Shown piece after piece: positions 24,722-33,658 of a stretch of DNA of 64,000 nt. Origin of the DNA: a virus (lineage: Duplodnaviria > Caudoviricetes); the IMG/VR virus record IMGVR_UViG_3300020576_006644, positions 1 to 64,000 of that record; one strand, 5' to 3'. Under the pieces are notes generated by a model that saw nothing but the letters and a program-made list of their open reading frames with translations, was not told the origin of the DNA and did not search any database. A program made the translations under genes and the position numbers. Position 1 is the stretch's first letter; every line of letters starts with the position of its first letter.

Positions 24722-24942
24722 ACCTTCGCTCCTTGTTTGTGGTTCCGGGTATCGTCACGCCAGCCGGCGCGTCTGAGCAAGGCCATATGGTTCTGCCGCG
24801 CGTGGTTGTCGCTCGGGGTCTTGGACGAGAAAACCTTCCGCCCGTCCGGCGCGACCCAGGCAACGTGGTGCCCGCGCATCTCCAGCTTCCAACCCTGCCG
24901 CGTGGCGCTGCGCTGCAGATCGCCCCATCCCTTGATCGTCAT
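24718..24942 (-). CDS. HicA-like (dsRBD-fold) protein
   Basis: QGWKLEMRGHHVAWVAPDGRKVFSSKTPSD; AAGGAG RBS. Confidence 0.6.
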   Translation of the reverse strand: MTIKGWGDLQRSATRQGWKLEMRGHHVAWVAPDGRKVFSSKTPSDNHARQNHMALLRRAGWRDDTRNHKQGAKV

Positions 24943-24988
24943 CGACTTGCTCCTTTAGAGGCACCATCTCCTGACCGCGAGCCGGTCG

Positions 24989-25010
24989 GCAATCCCGAAC
25001 GTCCGTTCAG
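24989..25010. promoter_or_regulatory. 22-bp operator repeat copy 5
   Basis: GCAATC-CCGAAC-GTCC-GTTCAG (identical to copy 1). Confidence 0.8.
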
Positions 25011-25034
25011 CGGTTGCGGTAGGATGGTCGGCAG

Positions 25035-26276
25035 ATGGCCGACTTCCCCTCCCGAGACGAGCTGCGCAGGACGTGGCTCGTCGCCGCGCTCAACCCGCCA
25101 GGCGGCGTCCGTCCGCAGATCACCCGGGCCGCCATCGAGACGCCGGGGACCGACATGTCCTCTATTCGCGAGGGCGCGGCGGCCTGCGGGGACGAGGTGG
25201 CCGGCTCCACGACCAGCGCGGTGGCCAGCTGGTGGATCGACTCGGCGCAGGACGAGCAGCTCGATAAGCGCGTGCTCGATGTCATCGGCCTTGTCCGCCA
25301 CGACGCCGGCGTCTCGCGCGGGACGGTGCAGTTCCGACTGACGACAGCGCTCGTGGCCGATCTGCTCATCCCCCGCGGGACCACGCTGTCCACCCCCGAC
25401 GGCATCGAGTTCGTCACCACGCTCGCGGCCACCTTCCCCAAGGCGACGGTCGGCCCGCTGTCGGTCCCGGTCCGCAGCGCCAGGGCCGGCAGCACCGTGC
25501 TCGCCGCCATCGGCAGCATCAACTCCATCGCCTCGGTCATCCCGGGGGCGCCGGCCGACCTCGTGGTCACAAACGAGCTGGCCACGAGCCCCGGGACCGA
25601 CGCCGAGACCGACCCGAGCCTCCGCAGCGCCTACCGGAACTACTTCAGGACGGCGACCAAGGGCACGCTGGCAGCTCTCGAAGAGGGAGCCAAGCGCTAC
25701 CGTGATCCGGCCAACGGCGGCGGAGTCATCGCCGCCACGGCGCTTGAGTACTACGACCTGCTCGGGCGCCAGACTAAACAGGTGCTGCTGGCCATCGCCG
25801 ACCAGTACACCGACCAGTACGTGCAGACCAACAGCGTCCCGCCGACCTACGCCGCCCGCAGCCAGGCGCTGGCCGGGGAGGTGCTGGCGTTCCTGCGCGA
25901 TGTCCGCGCCGCCGGCATCTACGTGGGGGTCTTCGTCTGCCGCGTCATCCTACAGCCGGTCGAGCTGGTGCTCACCTTCACCGCCGGGGCCGACCCGTTC
26001 GAGGTCTCGGTGGCCGCTCGCAGCGCCATGGTCAACTACATCAACGCGCTGCCGCCCGGGGCCGCGTTTATCCGCAGCGCGGCGGCGGACGCGCTACGCA
26101 TCGTCCCCGGGGTGGTCGTCACCGGCCGGGAAATAGCCTACCCACCGGGTGACATTGTGCCGCGCGTGCTGGAGAAGCTCGGGACGGACCTGCGCTTCGT
26201 CACCGCCAACAGCACCGCCGTAGACAAGCCGCTGCCGACGCTGTACTCGGCGGACGGCTATATCGTGGGGGGCTGA
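25035..26276 (+). CDS. baseplate J/gp47-like protein
   Basis: GTVQF, IPRGT, VTNELATSPGTDAETDPSLR, KGTLAALE motifs. Confidence 0.88.
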   Translation: MADFPSRDELRRTWLVAALNPPGGVRPQITRAAIETPGTDMSSIREGAAACGDEVAGSTTSAVASWWIDSAQDEQLDKRVLDVIGLVRHDAGVSRGTVQFRLTTALVADLLIPRGTTLSTPDGIEFVTTLAATFPKATVGPLSVPVRSARAGSTVLAAIGSINSIASVIPGAPADLVVTNELATSPGTDAETDPSLRSAYRNYFRTATKGTLAALEEGAKRYRDPANGGGVIAATALEYYDLLGRQTKQVLLAIADQYTDQYVQTNSVPPTYAARSQALAGEVLAFLRDVRAAGIYVGVFVCRVILQPVELVLTFTAGADPFEVSVAARSAMVNYINALPPGAAFIRSAAADALRIVPGVVVTGREIAYPPGDIVPRVLEKLGTDLRFVTANSTAVDKPLPTLYSADGYIVGG

Positions 26277-26280
26277 CCTC

Positions 26281-26631
26281 GTGGCCATTACCATCATCGC
26301 CCCGCCGAGCACCCAGCAGATCACCCGGAGCGAGGACCTCCAGGTCTTTGTCACCGCGGACACCCCGGCGCTCCAACGCGTCATCCTCACCATCAAGTTC
26401 CCGGGCCTCGGGCGCAGCGAGCAGGCCAACAACAGCGACGCCATCTCGCCGCCGCCCAACGACACCGGCTACACCCCGCCCTACACCTCGTCGCTCCGGG
26501 CGCCGTTCACCGACGGATCAGGGACCGGCTACCAATTCATCATCCGCCGAGACTTCGGCTGGCCTGACAACCCCCAGGTTCAGGTCGTCGCCTACGACAC
26601 GGCGGGCGGCACGGCGGTCTTCCCGGTCTAG
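26281..26631 (+). CDS. putative virion protein
   Basis: 116-aa beta-rich ORF after gpJ. Confidence 0.55.
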   Translation: MAITIIAPPSTQQITRSEDLQVFVTADTPALQRVILTIKFPGLGRSEQANNSDAISPPPNDTGYTPPYTSSLRAPFTDGSGTGYQFIIRRDFGWPDNPQVQVVAYDTAGGTAVFPV

Positions 26632-26918
26632 CTGCAACCCAGGCAGGGGATATTGCCGCTGCGCCGGCAGAATCCGCAGTAGCTGGGGTCAGATTCGTAG
26701 CCCCGGTACCCGCGTCCGCTGCACTGGCCACAGTGCACGACCTTGGCGCCATGGCAAAAGTCGCACTCGCTGGCCTTCAACTTCTCTGAGACCAGCGCCG
26801 TTACCGCCTCCCTCACTGTCAACAGCGCCCCACCAAGTTCAGCACCGTTGATAACCCCAGCATCATAGTCAGTCAACGCCTGCTGCAGCGTGCGCAGATC
26901 GTCGAGGTCGGCGCTCAT
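26628..26918 (-). CDS. DnaJ-like Zn-finger protein
   Basis: CDFCHG, CGQCSGRG, CGFC..SG repeats. Confidence 0.55.
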   Translation of the reverse strand: MSADLDDLRTLQQALTDYDAGVINGAELGGALLTVREAVTALVSEKLKASECDFCHGAKVVHCGQCSGRGYRGYESDPSYCGFCRRSGNIPCLGCS

Positions 26919-27337
26919 TCTCCGGCCGCCCCGCTCTCGCAGCCCGCGCAAGGCGGCGGCGGGACCTCGATAACCGCCTCGCGCAGGCGGCGACAGCACT
27001 CCGGGCACTCGGCGGCGCGGGCGGCGGCGATAAGCCGCTCGGCCACAAGGCGCGCCTGGGAGGGGGTCCAGATCGGCTGGACGCGGTGAGCGTCATCCAG
27101 GTCCGCCCCGGGCCCGGCCACCATCACGGCGCGGGTTGGGGAGACCACCACACCGATGTCCGTGAGCGTCGGCGGCATGGGGATGACGGTGATCTCGACC
27201 GGCGGCGGAGCAGGTGGCGCGTAGCCGTAGCCGCCACCGGGGGTCCACTTGGTTATGGCCGAGTCGGCAGCCGCAGCCCGCCGGGCGAAAAAGCTGGCGA
27301 TGGGGATAATCGGGGTCTCTCGGGTAGGGTCAAGCAT
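26915..27337 (-). CDS. hypothetical protein
   Basis: 140 aa downstream of operator copy 6. Confidence 0.55.
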   Translation of the reverse strand: MLDPTRETPIIPIASFFARRAAAADSAITKWTPGGGYGYAPPAPPPVEITVIPMPPTLTDIGVVVSPTRAVMVAGPGADLDDAHRVQPIWTPSQARLVAERLIAAARAAECPECCRRLREAVIEVPPPPCAGCESGAAGE

Positions 27338-27370
27338 GTCACGAACCCTTAGAGGGAGCCGCGACGAGAT

Positions 27371-27392
27371 GCAATCCTGAACGTGCGCTCAG
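27371..27392. promoter_or_regulatory. 22-bp operator repeat copy 6
   Basis: GCAATC-CTGAAC-GTGC-GCTCAG. Confidence 0.78.
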
Positions 27393-27419
27393 TGGGCCGC
27401 CGGGGCTATCCTCCGGGGT

Positions 27420-28646
27420 ATGCCGCTCCTGCCGCTGCCGTCCCCGCTCCCTGACCCAAACCCCGAGGCTCGGGAGTTCCTTCTGACCGCCGACTTCGGT
27501 GAGCCGCCGCCCCCGCCGGATGTCGACTACTTCCTGCGCATGCTCGACCGCGACCTGCCGTCGGCCTACGTGCAGAGCCTCAAGGCCGGCGGCGGCTACG
27601 AGCTCCTGCGCGGGGACGCCGCGGTCGCCGCCCGGGTCGCCCGCATGGTGTCGAGCTGGGATCGAGCGACGCTGGCCGGCTACGCCACCATCGGGCAGAA
27701 GGCCAGGGGCTGGGTGTACCTGTACCGAGCGACCGCGGCGGCCGGGCCGGGTAAGGTCAAGGCCGGGACGATCGTGGGGACCAAGGACCGCCGCGGCTTC
27801 CGCACCCAGAGCGACGTGGAGTTCGGGGACAGCGACGTGGGACCGTTCCCGGTGGCGGTCGAAGCGGTGCTCCCGGGCATCGAGTACAACGTCGACGGCG
27901 AGCAGCCGGTGGCCTACGGGGACGCCATCCCCGGGGAGATCGACACGATCTGGCTGCTCCTGGAGGAGCCGGACCTGTGGGACACCTCGATCAAGGTCCG
28001 CAACCCCGGGCCGATGGAGGGCGGGCAGGAGCCGCAGCTGGAGCAGCTCGCCCGGGACCGCGGCATCGCCCCGCGGCTGGAAGGTGAGAGCGTGGACGCC
28101 TTCCGCCTGCGGATAAAGAGCATCATCCGCGCGCTCACCCCCACCGGTATCGAGGCCAGCATCAACTCGATCCTGCGGCGCTGGTCCCCCTACTTCTCCT
28201 GCGCCGTCATCGACAGCTGGGACTGGCAGCTGCAGACCGGCTACGACTGCCCGATCCCGGCGGCCAGCCACTTCCCGCCGACCACCTTCGTCTACGACGA
28301 CCCGCGCCCGCCGGAGCCGCAGAACCGCTGGCTCACCCACGAGGGGGCAAACGGCGGGGAGTTCTACCTCGTCCTGCCGCAGCTCCCCTGCCTCCAAGAC
28401 CAGGCGTTCTTCCTCGCCGACCCGGCCGTCACCCCTGCCGACCGGGCGACCCCGGGAACCGACGGCGGGCGCCGCGCCGCGTCCTTCTTGAGCCTCCCTG
28501 CCGACCTCCCCGCCGAGGTCCTGCGCTGGGGTCTGGGGGCCGGAGACGCGGCGGCGGCCGGCACCTACTCGGCGTGCGTCAAGCTGGCAAACGACCTGCG
28601 GGCCGGAGGGGTCGGGGTGCAGCCGCTGCTCGACGGGTTGGCTTAG
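27420..28646 (+). CDS. baseplate wedge protein (gpJ/gpI-like)
   Basis: VKAGTIV, VAVEAVLPGIEYN, GESVDAFRLRI..TPTGIE, RAGGVGV motifs. Confidence 0.7.
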   Translation: MPLLPLPSPLPDPNPEAREFLLTADFGEPPPPPDVDYFLRMLDRDLPSAYVQSLKAGGGYELLRGDAAVAARVARMVSSWDRATLAGYATIGQKARGWVYLYRATAAAGPGKVKAGTIVGTKDRRGFRTQSDVEFGDSDVGPFPVAVEAVLPGIEYNVDGEQPVAYGDAIPGEIDTIWLLLEEPDLWDTSIKVRNPGPMEGGQEPQLEQLARDRGIAPRLEGESVDAFRLRIKSIIRALTPTGIEASINSILRRWSPYFSCAVIDSWDWQLQTGYDCPIPAASHFPPTTFVYDDPRPPEPQNRWLTHEGANGGEFYLVLPQLPCLQDQAFFLADPAVTPADRATPGTDGGRRAASFLSLPADLPAEVLRWGLGAGDAAAAGTYSACVKLANDLRAGGVGVQPLLDGLA

Positions 28647-29038
28647 CTCGGAGGTAGCAGCATCGCCGGCGGCAGCTGCCCGGTGCAGTCCGGCAGCTCG
28701 GCGGCGTGGTCGGTGAGGTGACGCAGCAGGGCGTTGACCAGCTCGATGCGGACGGCCGACTCCACCGCGGCGATCTCCTCCCGCGGGCAGCCGATCATCT
28801 CCAGGTAGGTGCGCAGGTAGGCGGACGGCATTGCCCCGAACAGCGCCGGCGCCTTCTCGACGAAGGCCTGGATGCCCTTGTGCAGCACCTCGGTCCCGCC
28901 GGCGAGCCGCCCGCGAGCGTGAGCCTGGATGATGCCGATGAGCGCCCCCTGCTCGTGGCGGACGGCGGTGGAGATGTACCAGGCGATCCAGTCCTGCACC
29001 GGGTCGGTTAGGACGGGCTCGGCGGCTGGCGCGGTCAC
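28643..29038 (-). CDS. hypothetical protein
   Basis: 131 aa, GTGA coupling, TTAG stop overlap. Confidence 0.55.
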   Translation of the reverse strand: MTAPAAEPVLTDPVQDWIAWYISTAVRHEQGALIGIIQAHARGRLAGGTEVLHKGIQAFVEKAPALFGAMPSAYLRTYLEMIGCPREEIAAVESAVRIELVNALLRHLTDHAAELPDCTGQLPPAMLLPPS

Positions 29039-29724
29039 GAGGCCACCTCAGCCTGGGCCGGGTCGACTTTCTCGGCAGCATCCCGCAGCGCGTCCCGGCG
29101 CCGCTTGGCGATGAGCGCCTCCTCCTGGGCTTCCAGCAGCACCCGATGCCGCGGGAACTGCCTGGTGGTGGCGAGGCCGAAGGTGAAGCGGACGCTGCAC
29201 TCCTCGGCGATCTCTCGCAGGTTCTGCTGGGCGAACTGCTCAACGAGGTGCAGCGGGTCGGCGGCGGGCGGCTGGTCGGCCGCGTAGATATCCGGCTCCA
29301 GCACCGGCGCCGGCAGCACCAGCACGAATTCGTCCCCGCCCATGCGGTAGACGGTGTCGTGCGCCCGCCGGAACCGGGTGAGCAGCCAAGCGACGATCTC
29401 CTTGAGCGCCTCGTCGCCCGCCGCCCAGCCGTGGGCCTTGTTGATCAGCTTGAAGTCGTCGAGGTCGATGAAGACGACCACGCAGGGGTAACACCGCAGG
29501 GCCTCGCGCATCCGCCGCTCGCCGGCCGCCCGCGAGAAGGCCCCGGTGAGGTAGTCGAAGTCCACCCGGTCCACCACCTCGTCGAACTTGCGCCGCAGGG
29601 CGGCCAGCTCCTCCCCGAGCAGGTCGAGCTGCTTCCACTTGCGGACGAAAAGCCAGGCCAGGGCGGCGAGCGAGAGGATCATAACGACAAGAGCGGCGAT
29701 CTGGATGGTCTGCATGCCGATCAT
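29035..29724 (-). CDS. membrane-anchored GGDEF diguanylate cyclase
   Basis: N-terminal TM and coiled coil, DYLTG, FIDLDDFKLIN..G..AGD, RAHD I-site, GGDEF (alternative start 29715). Confidence 0.9.
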   Translation of the reverse strand: MIGMQTIQIAALVVMILSLAALAWLFVRKWKQLDLLGEELAALRRKFDEVVDRVDFDYLTGAFSRAAGERRMREALRCYPCVVVFIDLDDFKLINKAHGWAAGDEALKEIVAWLLTRFRRAHDTVYRMGGDEFVLVLPAPVLEPDIYAADQPPAADPLHLVEQFAQQNLREIAEECSVRFTFGLATTRQFPRHRVLLEAQEEALIAKRRRDALRDAAEKVDPAQAEVAS

Positions 29725-29748
29725 CGTGCCCGCGATGGCGGCGGCTCG

Positions 29749-29770
29749 GCAATCCCGAACATTCGTTCAG
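29749..29770. promoter_or_regulatory. 22-bp operator repeat copy 7
   Basis: GCAATC-CCGAAC-ATTC-GTTCAG. Confidence 0.8.
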
Positions 29771-29793
29771 CGGTCCGCGGTAGGATGCGCCGC

Positions 29794-30969
29794 ATGGCCG
29801 GACGCCCCTTTGACCGCGACATCTTCCGCACCCTGGAGGGATTCACCGAGGTGGACATGAACCGCACCACCGGGGAGGGCGCCAACGCGGGCCTCATGCA
29901 CCTGCTCCGGTCGGTCGGCGGCCCGCAGGCGACCCTGGCGAACACCGACACGCTCGCCAGCTTCTTCGGCTTCTACGGTGCCGGGTTCCTGGTGACGCCG
30001 CTGTCGCCGGCGACCACCACGGTCCGCATCCTGGCGGGCCTTGGGGCCAAGCGCGACGACGGGGACCTGCCGACCAATATCGACGGCGTGGCGGGGCTCA
30101 GCGAGCTGTCCGACGTGAAGCCGATCGTGCTGCGCAACCACAAGGACGTGCCGGTCCCGGTGCCGCCGGCCGCCCCGAACAGTCGCTACGACATCATCGA
30201 GGTGGCGCTGCGCCGGGACGTGTACGACGTGAACGCCACCGCGTTTTTGTCGCTGCCGGCCGGGTCGCGGGTGGACCTGCCGGTCTCGAAGACGCTCTCC
30301 TACGCGCTCGACACCCTGCCGGTCGGCTACGTGACCGACCCGACCAACAGCACGCAGCCCATCGGCTACAAGATCGGGCAGGCTTCCGCCGCCCCGAGCC
30401 CGCCTCCGACGAGCCCCGGCTACGTGAAGATCGCCCAGATCCTGGTGCAGAACGTCGTGGACAACCCCACCGGGACCATCCGGCAGGAGCACATCGCCGA
30501 CTTCCGCCCGATGCTGTTCCTCGGCGGGTCAGCCAGCTTCTCGGTGTCCTGCAGCTTCGAGCTGGCCGGCGGGGTGCCCACGATCCTGCACGCCGCGGTG
30601 CCGCCCGGCATCCGGGTGGCGGTCGCCCGCGGGCCGTTCGTCCCCGGCCCCGCCATCCCCGACTTCTACTTCTTCGTCCTCAACAACCTGCGCGACTGCG
30701 AAATGACCGTGCAGAGCCCGCTGCTCGGGGCCATCAACCCCACGACCAGCTTCCAGTTTGTCCGCGGCGAGCAACTTCCCAACTCCGTGGTCAACGGGCC
30801 GTTCAAGCTCCTCATCGACGACCCTACCGTCACCTTCCCAGCGCAGGCCACGCCGCTCTTGCAGCCGGTCTTCGCCCTGTACGGAATCGTGACCAACTGG
30901 ACCGGATTAACTTTTGCCGACTCGGCGGACGCCACCCTCTACTACAGCGTGCGCGGGGAGATGACCTGA
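29794..30969 (+). CDS. baseplate / tail-fibre attachment protein, paralog A
   Basis: RYDIIEV, PGYVKIAQILV, IADFRP motifs; TAGGAT 7 nt before the ATG. Confidence 0.65.
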   Translation: MAGRPFDRDIFRTLEGFTEVDMNRTTGEGANAGLMHLLRSVGGPQATLANTDTLASFFGFYGAGFLVTPLSPATTTVRILAGLGAKRDDGDLPTNIDGVAGLSELSDVKPIVLRNHKDVPVPVPPAAPNSRYDIIEVALRRDVYDVNATAFLSLPAGSRVDLPVSKTLSYALDTLPVGYVTDPTNSTQPIGYKIGQASAAPSPPPTSPGYVKIAQILVQNVVDNPTGTIRQEHIADFRPMLFLGGSASFSVSCSFELAGGVPTILHAAVPPGIRVAVARGPFVPGPAIPDFYFFVLNNLRDCEMTVQSPLLGAINPTTSFQFVRGEQLPNSVVNGPFKLLIDDPTVTFPAQATPLLQPVFALYGIVTNWTGLTFADSADATLYYSVRGEMT

Positions 30970-30970
30970 G

Positions 30971-32152
30971 ATGGAGCCCTTTGACCAGGATGTGCTAGCC
31001 CCGGCGGAGCGCCCCTCAACCGAGGCCCTCAACCGCGGGTTCACCGCCGAGCGGCTGGCCCTGTCGTTCTTCTACCAGCAGCTCCTGGCGGTGCGAACCG
31101 CCACCGCCAATGACCGGGCCAAGCTCCAGACGGCGTTCATCGGCGAGGGCTTCAAGGTCCGCCCGAGCAGCCCGGCCAGCTTCGTCATCGAGGTCTCGGC
31201 GGGTATGGGCTACTACTACGACCCGAGCGTGCCGCTGGTCATCGCGCAGGACTCGATCGTCGGCCGCTTCGAGGGGGTCAGCAACGTCTCCCCCTGGCGC
31301 CCGATCGTGCTCGGCTCCAGCGTGACGATGACCGTTCCGGCCCCGCCGCCCGCTGGGCAGTCCCGCTACGACATCATCGAGGTGCGACCTCGCCGCGACC
31401 TCGCCGACTATGGACAGCTCCTGCGCTTCGACCAGGCGGTCAACGATTTCGTCCCCAAGTCCGCCCCGGCCTTCCTGCGCTTCGGCTCCACACAGACCGA
31501 GGTGGGGCAGGTGGTGGCCCCGGTGCTCAGCACCGCCCCGCTCAGCTACAAGATCGGCACACCGGCACCTACGGGGACGCAGCTCTCACCCGATGTCACC
31601 CCAGGCTACGTGCTGGTCGCACGCATTCTCGTCACCAACGGGGCAACCAGCATCGGAACCGGCCAGATCGTCGACACCCGGCCGCAGGTGGGGCCGGTCC
31701 GCGTGTCCGGCACGTTCACCATGAAGTCGACGGGTGGCGCACCATTCGCCCCCACCGGCGTGAATATCCAGGCTCCGCCGGGCATCAACGTCGCTGTTGT
31801 AGGGGAGACGCCAACCGGAGCGCAGGCCCGCATCGTGATTGCGACCGGGGGCGGCGTCACGGCGGTTGTTCCGCAGGTGCAGCTCCTGCAGCCAAATCCG
31901 ATATCAGGGTACACCTACAACGCGCCGATGGTCCGCCTGGTCGAAGCAAACGCGATTGTAGATAACGTGTTTGCGACGACTTTAGCGGACCCTACAAAGA
32001 CAACACCGTCTGGAAATTTTGCGGAGGGGACAGTCTATTCCGACGTGATCGTGCAGAGCACGACATGGGACCCCATTGCGCAGGAGTTCATCAATCCGCC
32101 TGCTGGGATCACCCCGATCACATATTATTTCACCGTAGACCTGTTCTACTGA
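30971..32152 (+). CDS. baseplate / tail-fibre attachment protein, paralog B
   Basis: RYDIIEV, PGYVLVARILV, IVDTRP; colinear similarity to paralog A. Confidence 0.65.
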   Translation: MEPFDQDVLAPAERPSTEALNRGFTAERLALSFFYQQLLAVRTATANDRAKLQTAFIGEGFKVRPSSPASFVIEVSAGMGYYYDPSVPLVIAQDSIVGRFEGVSNVSPWRPIVLGSSVTMTVPAPPPAGQSRYDIIEVRPRRDLADYGQLLRFDQAVNDFVPKSAPAFLRFGSTQTEVGQVVAPVLSTAPLSYKIGTPAPTGTQLSPDVTPGYVLVARILVTNGATSIGTGQIVDTRPQVGPVRVSGTFTMKSTGGAPFAPTGVNIQAPPGINVAVVGETPTGAQARIVIATGGGVTAVVPQVQLLQPNPISGYTYNAPMVRLVEANAIVDNVFATTLADPTKTTPSGNFAEGTVYSDVIVQSTTWDPIAQEFINPPAGITPITYYFTVDLFY

Positions 32153-32155
32153 ACG

Positions 32156-32860
32156 CTACTCCGGCGTACCCGGGTTGACGGGCTCGGCGAACGTGCTGAG
32201 CGGAACCTCGTCTCCGATCTCGTAGAAGCTGAGCGTGTCGTTGATGTCGTCCCAGGCCTTGGTGCAGTACTTGCCGGGGATGTAGACCCATACGTCGGTG
32301 TGGACGGGGATCTTCTTGTAGGCGCGGAAGCCCTTGGCCTGGGTGTCGTACACGACGAGGTAGGGCTGCAGGTTGGACTCGTTGGCGGCCTTGGGGAGGG
32401 CCTGCACCCAGCTGTCGCGCGGGACGAGCGGGCACGTCCAGCTCCCGGTCTCGTAGTAGCCGTTGAGCGGCAGGCTCGCCTTGAACTGCGCCCAGCCGGG
32501 GAGGCAGCGCCACTTCTGGTCGGCGGTCCAGTAGAAGAGGCACTTGGCGCGGAGCTGGTTGTCGAAGTGGGGCTTGTAGCCGCTCGGCTCGGAGTTCTCC
32601 CACATCCACAGCGGGCCGTTGAGGTAGGTCGCGTAGTCCGGCTCGCCGGGGCTGTTGGGGTTGGACCACCACCAGAACTCCACGTCGTCGAGCTTGCTGA
32701 TCCGCACCGGCGGCTTGGTGATCATGTCCGGCGGCGGCTGCAGGTCTGGGGTAATCGCCATGTCGGCGACCTGCTGGGGCGGCCCATCGGTGAAGTGGAC
32801 GGTCGGCGCGCAGCCGACGAGAAGGACCGTAAGGAGGGCGGGAAGATTCAAGACGTGCAT
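32156..32860 (-). CDS. lipoprotein (myxobacterial-type Cys-containing)
   Basis: LLVG-C lipobox, PDL/PPDM linker, HFDNQLRAKC..DQKWRCLP; AAGGAG RBS. Confidence 0.7.
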   Translation of the reverse strand: MHVLNLPALLTVLLVGCAPTVHFTDGPPQQVADMAITPDLQPPPDMITKPPVRISKLDDVEFWWWSNPNSPGEPDYATYLNGPLWMWENSEPSGYKPHFDNQLRAKCLFYWTADQKWRCLPGWAQFKASLPLNGYYETGSWTCPLVPRDSWVQALPKAANESNLQPYLVVYDTQAKGFRAYKKIPVHTDVWVYIPGKYCTKAWDDINDTLSFYEIGDEVPLSTFAEPVNPGTPE

Positions 32861-32936
32861 AGTAGTTCTCCTTTTCGCGTGTCTCGCAGATGATTCCGCT
32901 GCTTGGAGAACTACTAGTGCTTTTGCGTGCTGCGGC

Positions 32937-32958
32937 GCAATCCCTGACGTTTGTTCAG
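32937..32958. promoter_or_regulatory. 22-bp operator repeat copy 8
   Basis: GCAATC-CCTGAC-GTTT-GTTCAG; contains the TGA of 32955-33623. Confidence 0.8.
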
Positions 32959-33623
32959 GGTGTTTGATCGTACGTGCTGATGTATGACACAGGCCCGGTG
33001 GCCGGAGATGTGACAACCGTAGCCGCGTACACATCCCCCATCTGCACGTACTTGAACGCCGTGCAGATGCCGCCCATGGGTGTGCGGTAGTAGACGGTCG
33101 CCCCGGCGGCGGGCTTTGTCGATATGCTCCCGCGCGTGTAGTAGCGGCCGTCCCCGCCGATGAACTTGGCGAGGCCCCCGGACAGCGGGTTCATGGACAA
33201 GCCGTCGTCGCCACTGGTCAAGATCACCCGCGGGATCGTGCAGGACGAGTCGGTGAAGAAGACCTGATAGGCCTTGGGGGCGCAGTGGCCGGCGGCGAGC
33301 GTGCAGTAGAAGCCCCGGCAGGCGTCAAACCAAGTGTCGTTGAAGCCGCCGGCGCGCACCGTCCCGTCGGAGAAAAGCAGCCACTGCTGCCGGAGACACA
33401 CCCCGTTTCGCGGCTGCTGCAGCGGGATCTGGGTGGGGATCAGGTCCGGCGGCGGGGTGAGGTCGGCCAGCGCCAGGTCTCGGCCGGCGAGGTCGATGGA
33501 GGTGATGAGCGGGTGGACGCCGACCGCGGCGGCGCGGGCGCGGATGGCCGGCGAGTCTTCGCGGTGGCAGCCGACAAGGGCGGCGAGCAGCGGCAGGGCC
33601 AGGAGCAGGTGCGGGGTCTTCAT
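32955..33623 (-). CDS. lipoprotein, related to 32156-32860
   Basis: LVG-C lipobox, DLA..DLTPPPDL linker, WFDAC..C..C.P..FFTDSSCT. Confidence 0.7.
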   Translation of the reverse strand: MKTPHLLLALPLLAALVGCHREDSPAIRARAAAVGVHPLITSIDLAGRDLALADLTPPPDLIPTQIPLQQPRNGVCLRQQWLLFSDGTVRAGGFNDTWFDACRGFYCTLAAGHCAPKAYQVFFTDSSCTIPRVILTSGDDGLSMNPLSGGLAKFIGGDGRYYTRGSISTKPAAGATVYYRTPMGGICTAFKYVQMGDVYAATVVTSPATGPVSYISTYDQTP

Positions 33624-33658
33624 GAGGGTCTCCTTAAAGTGGCTGTAGGATACACAGC

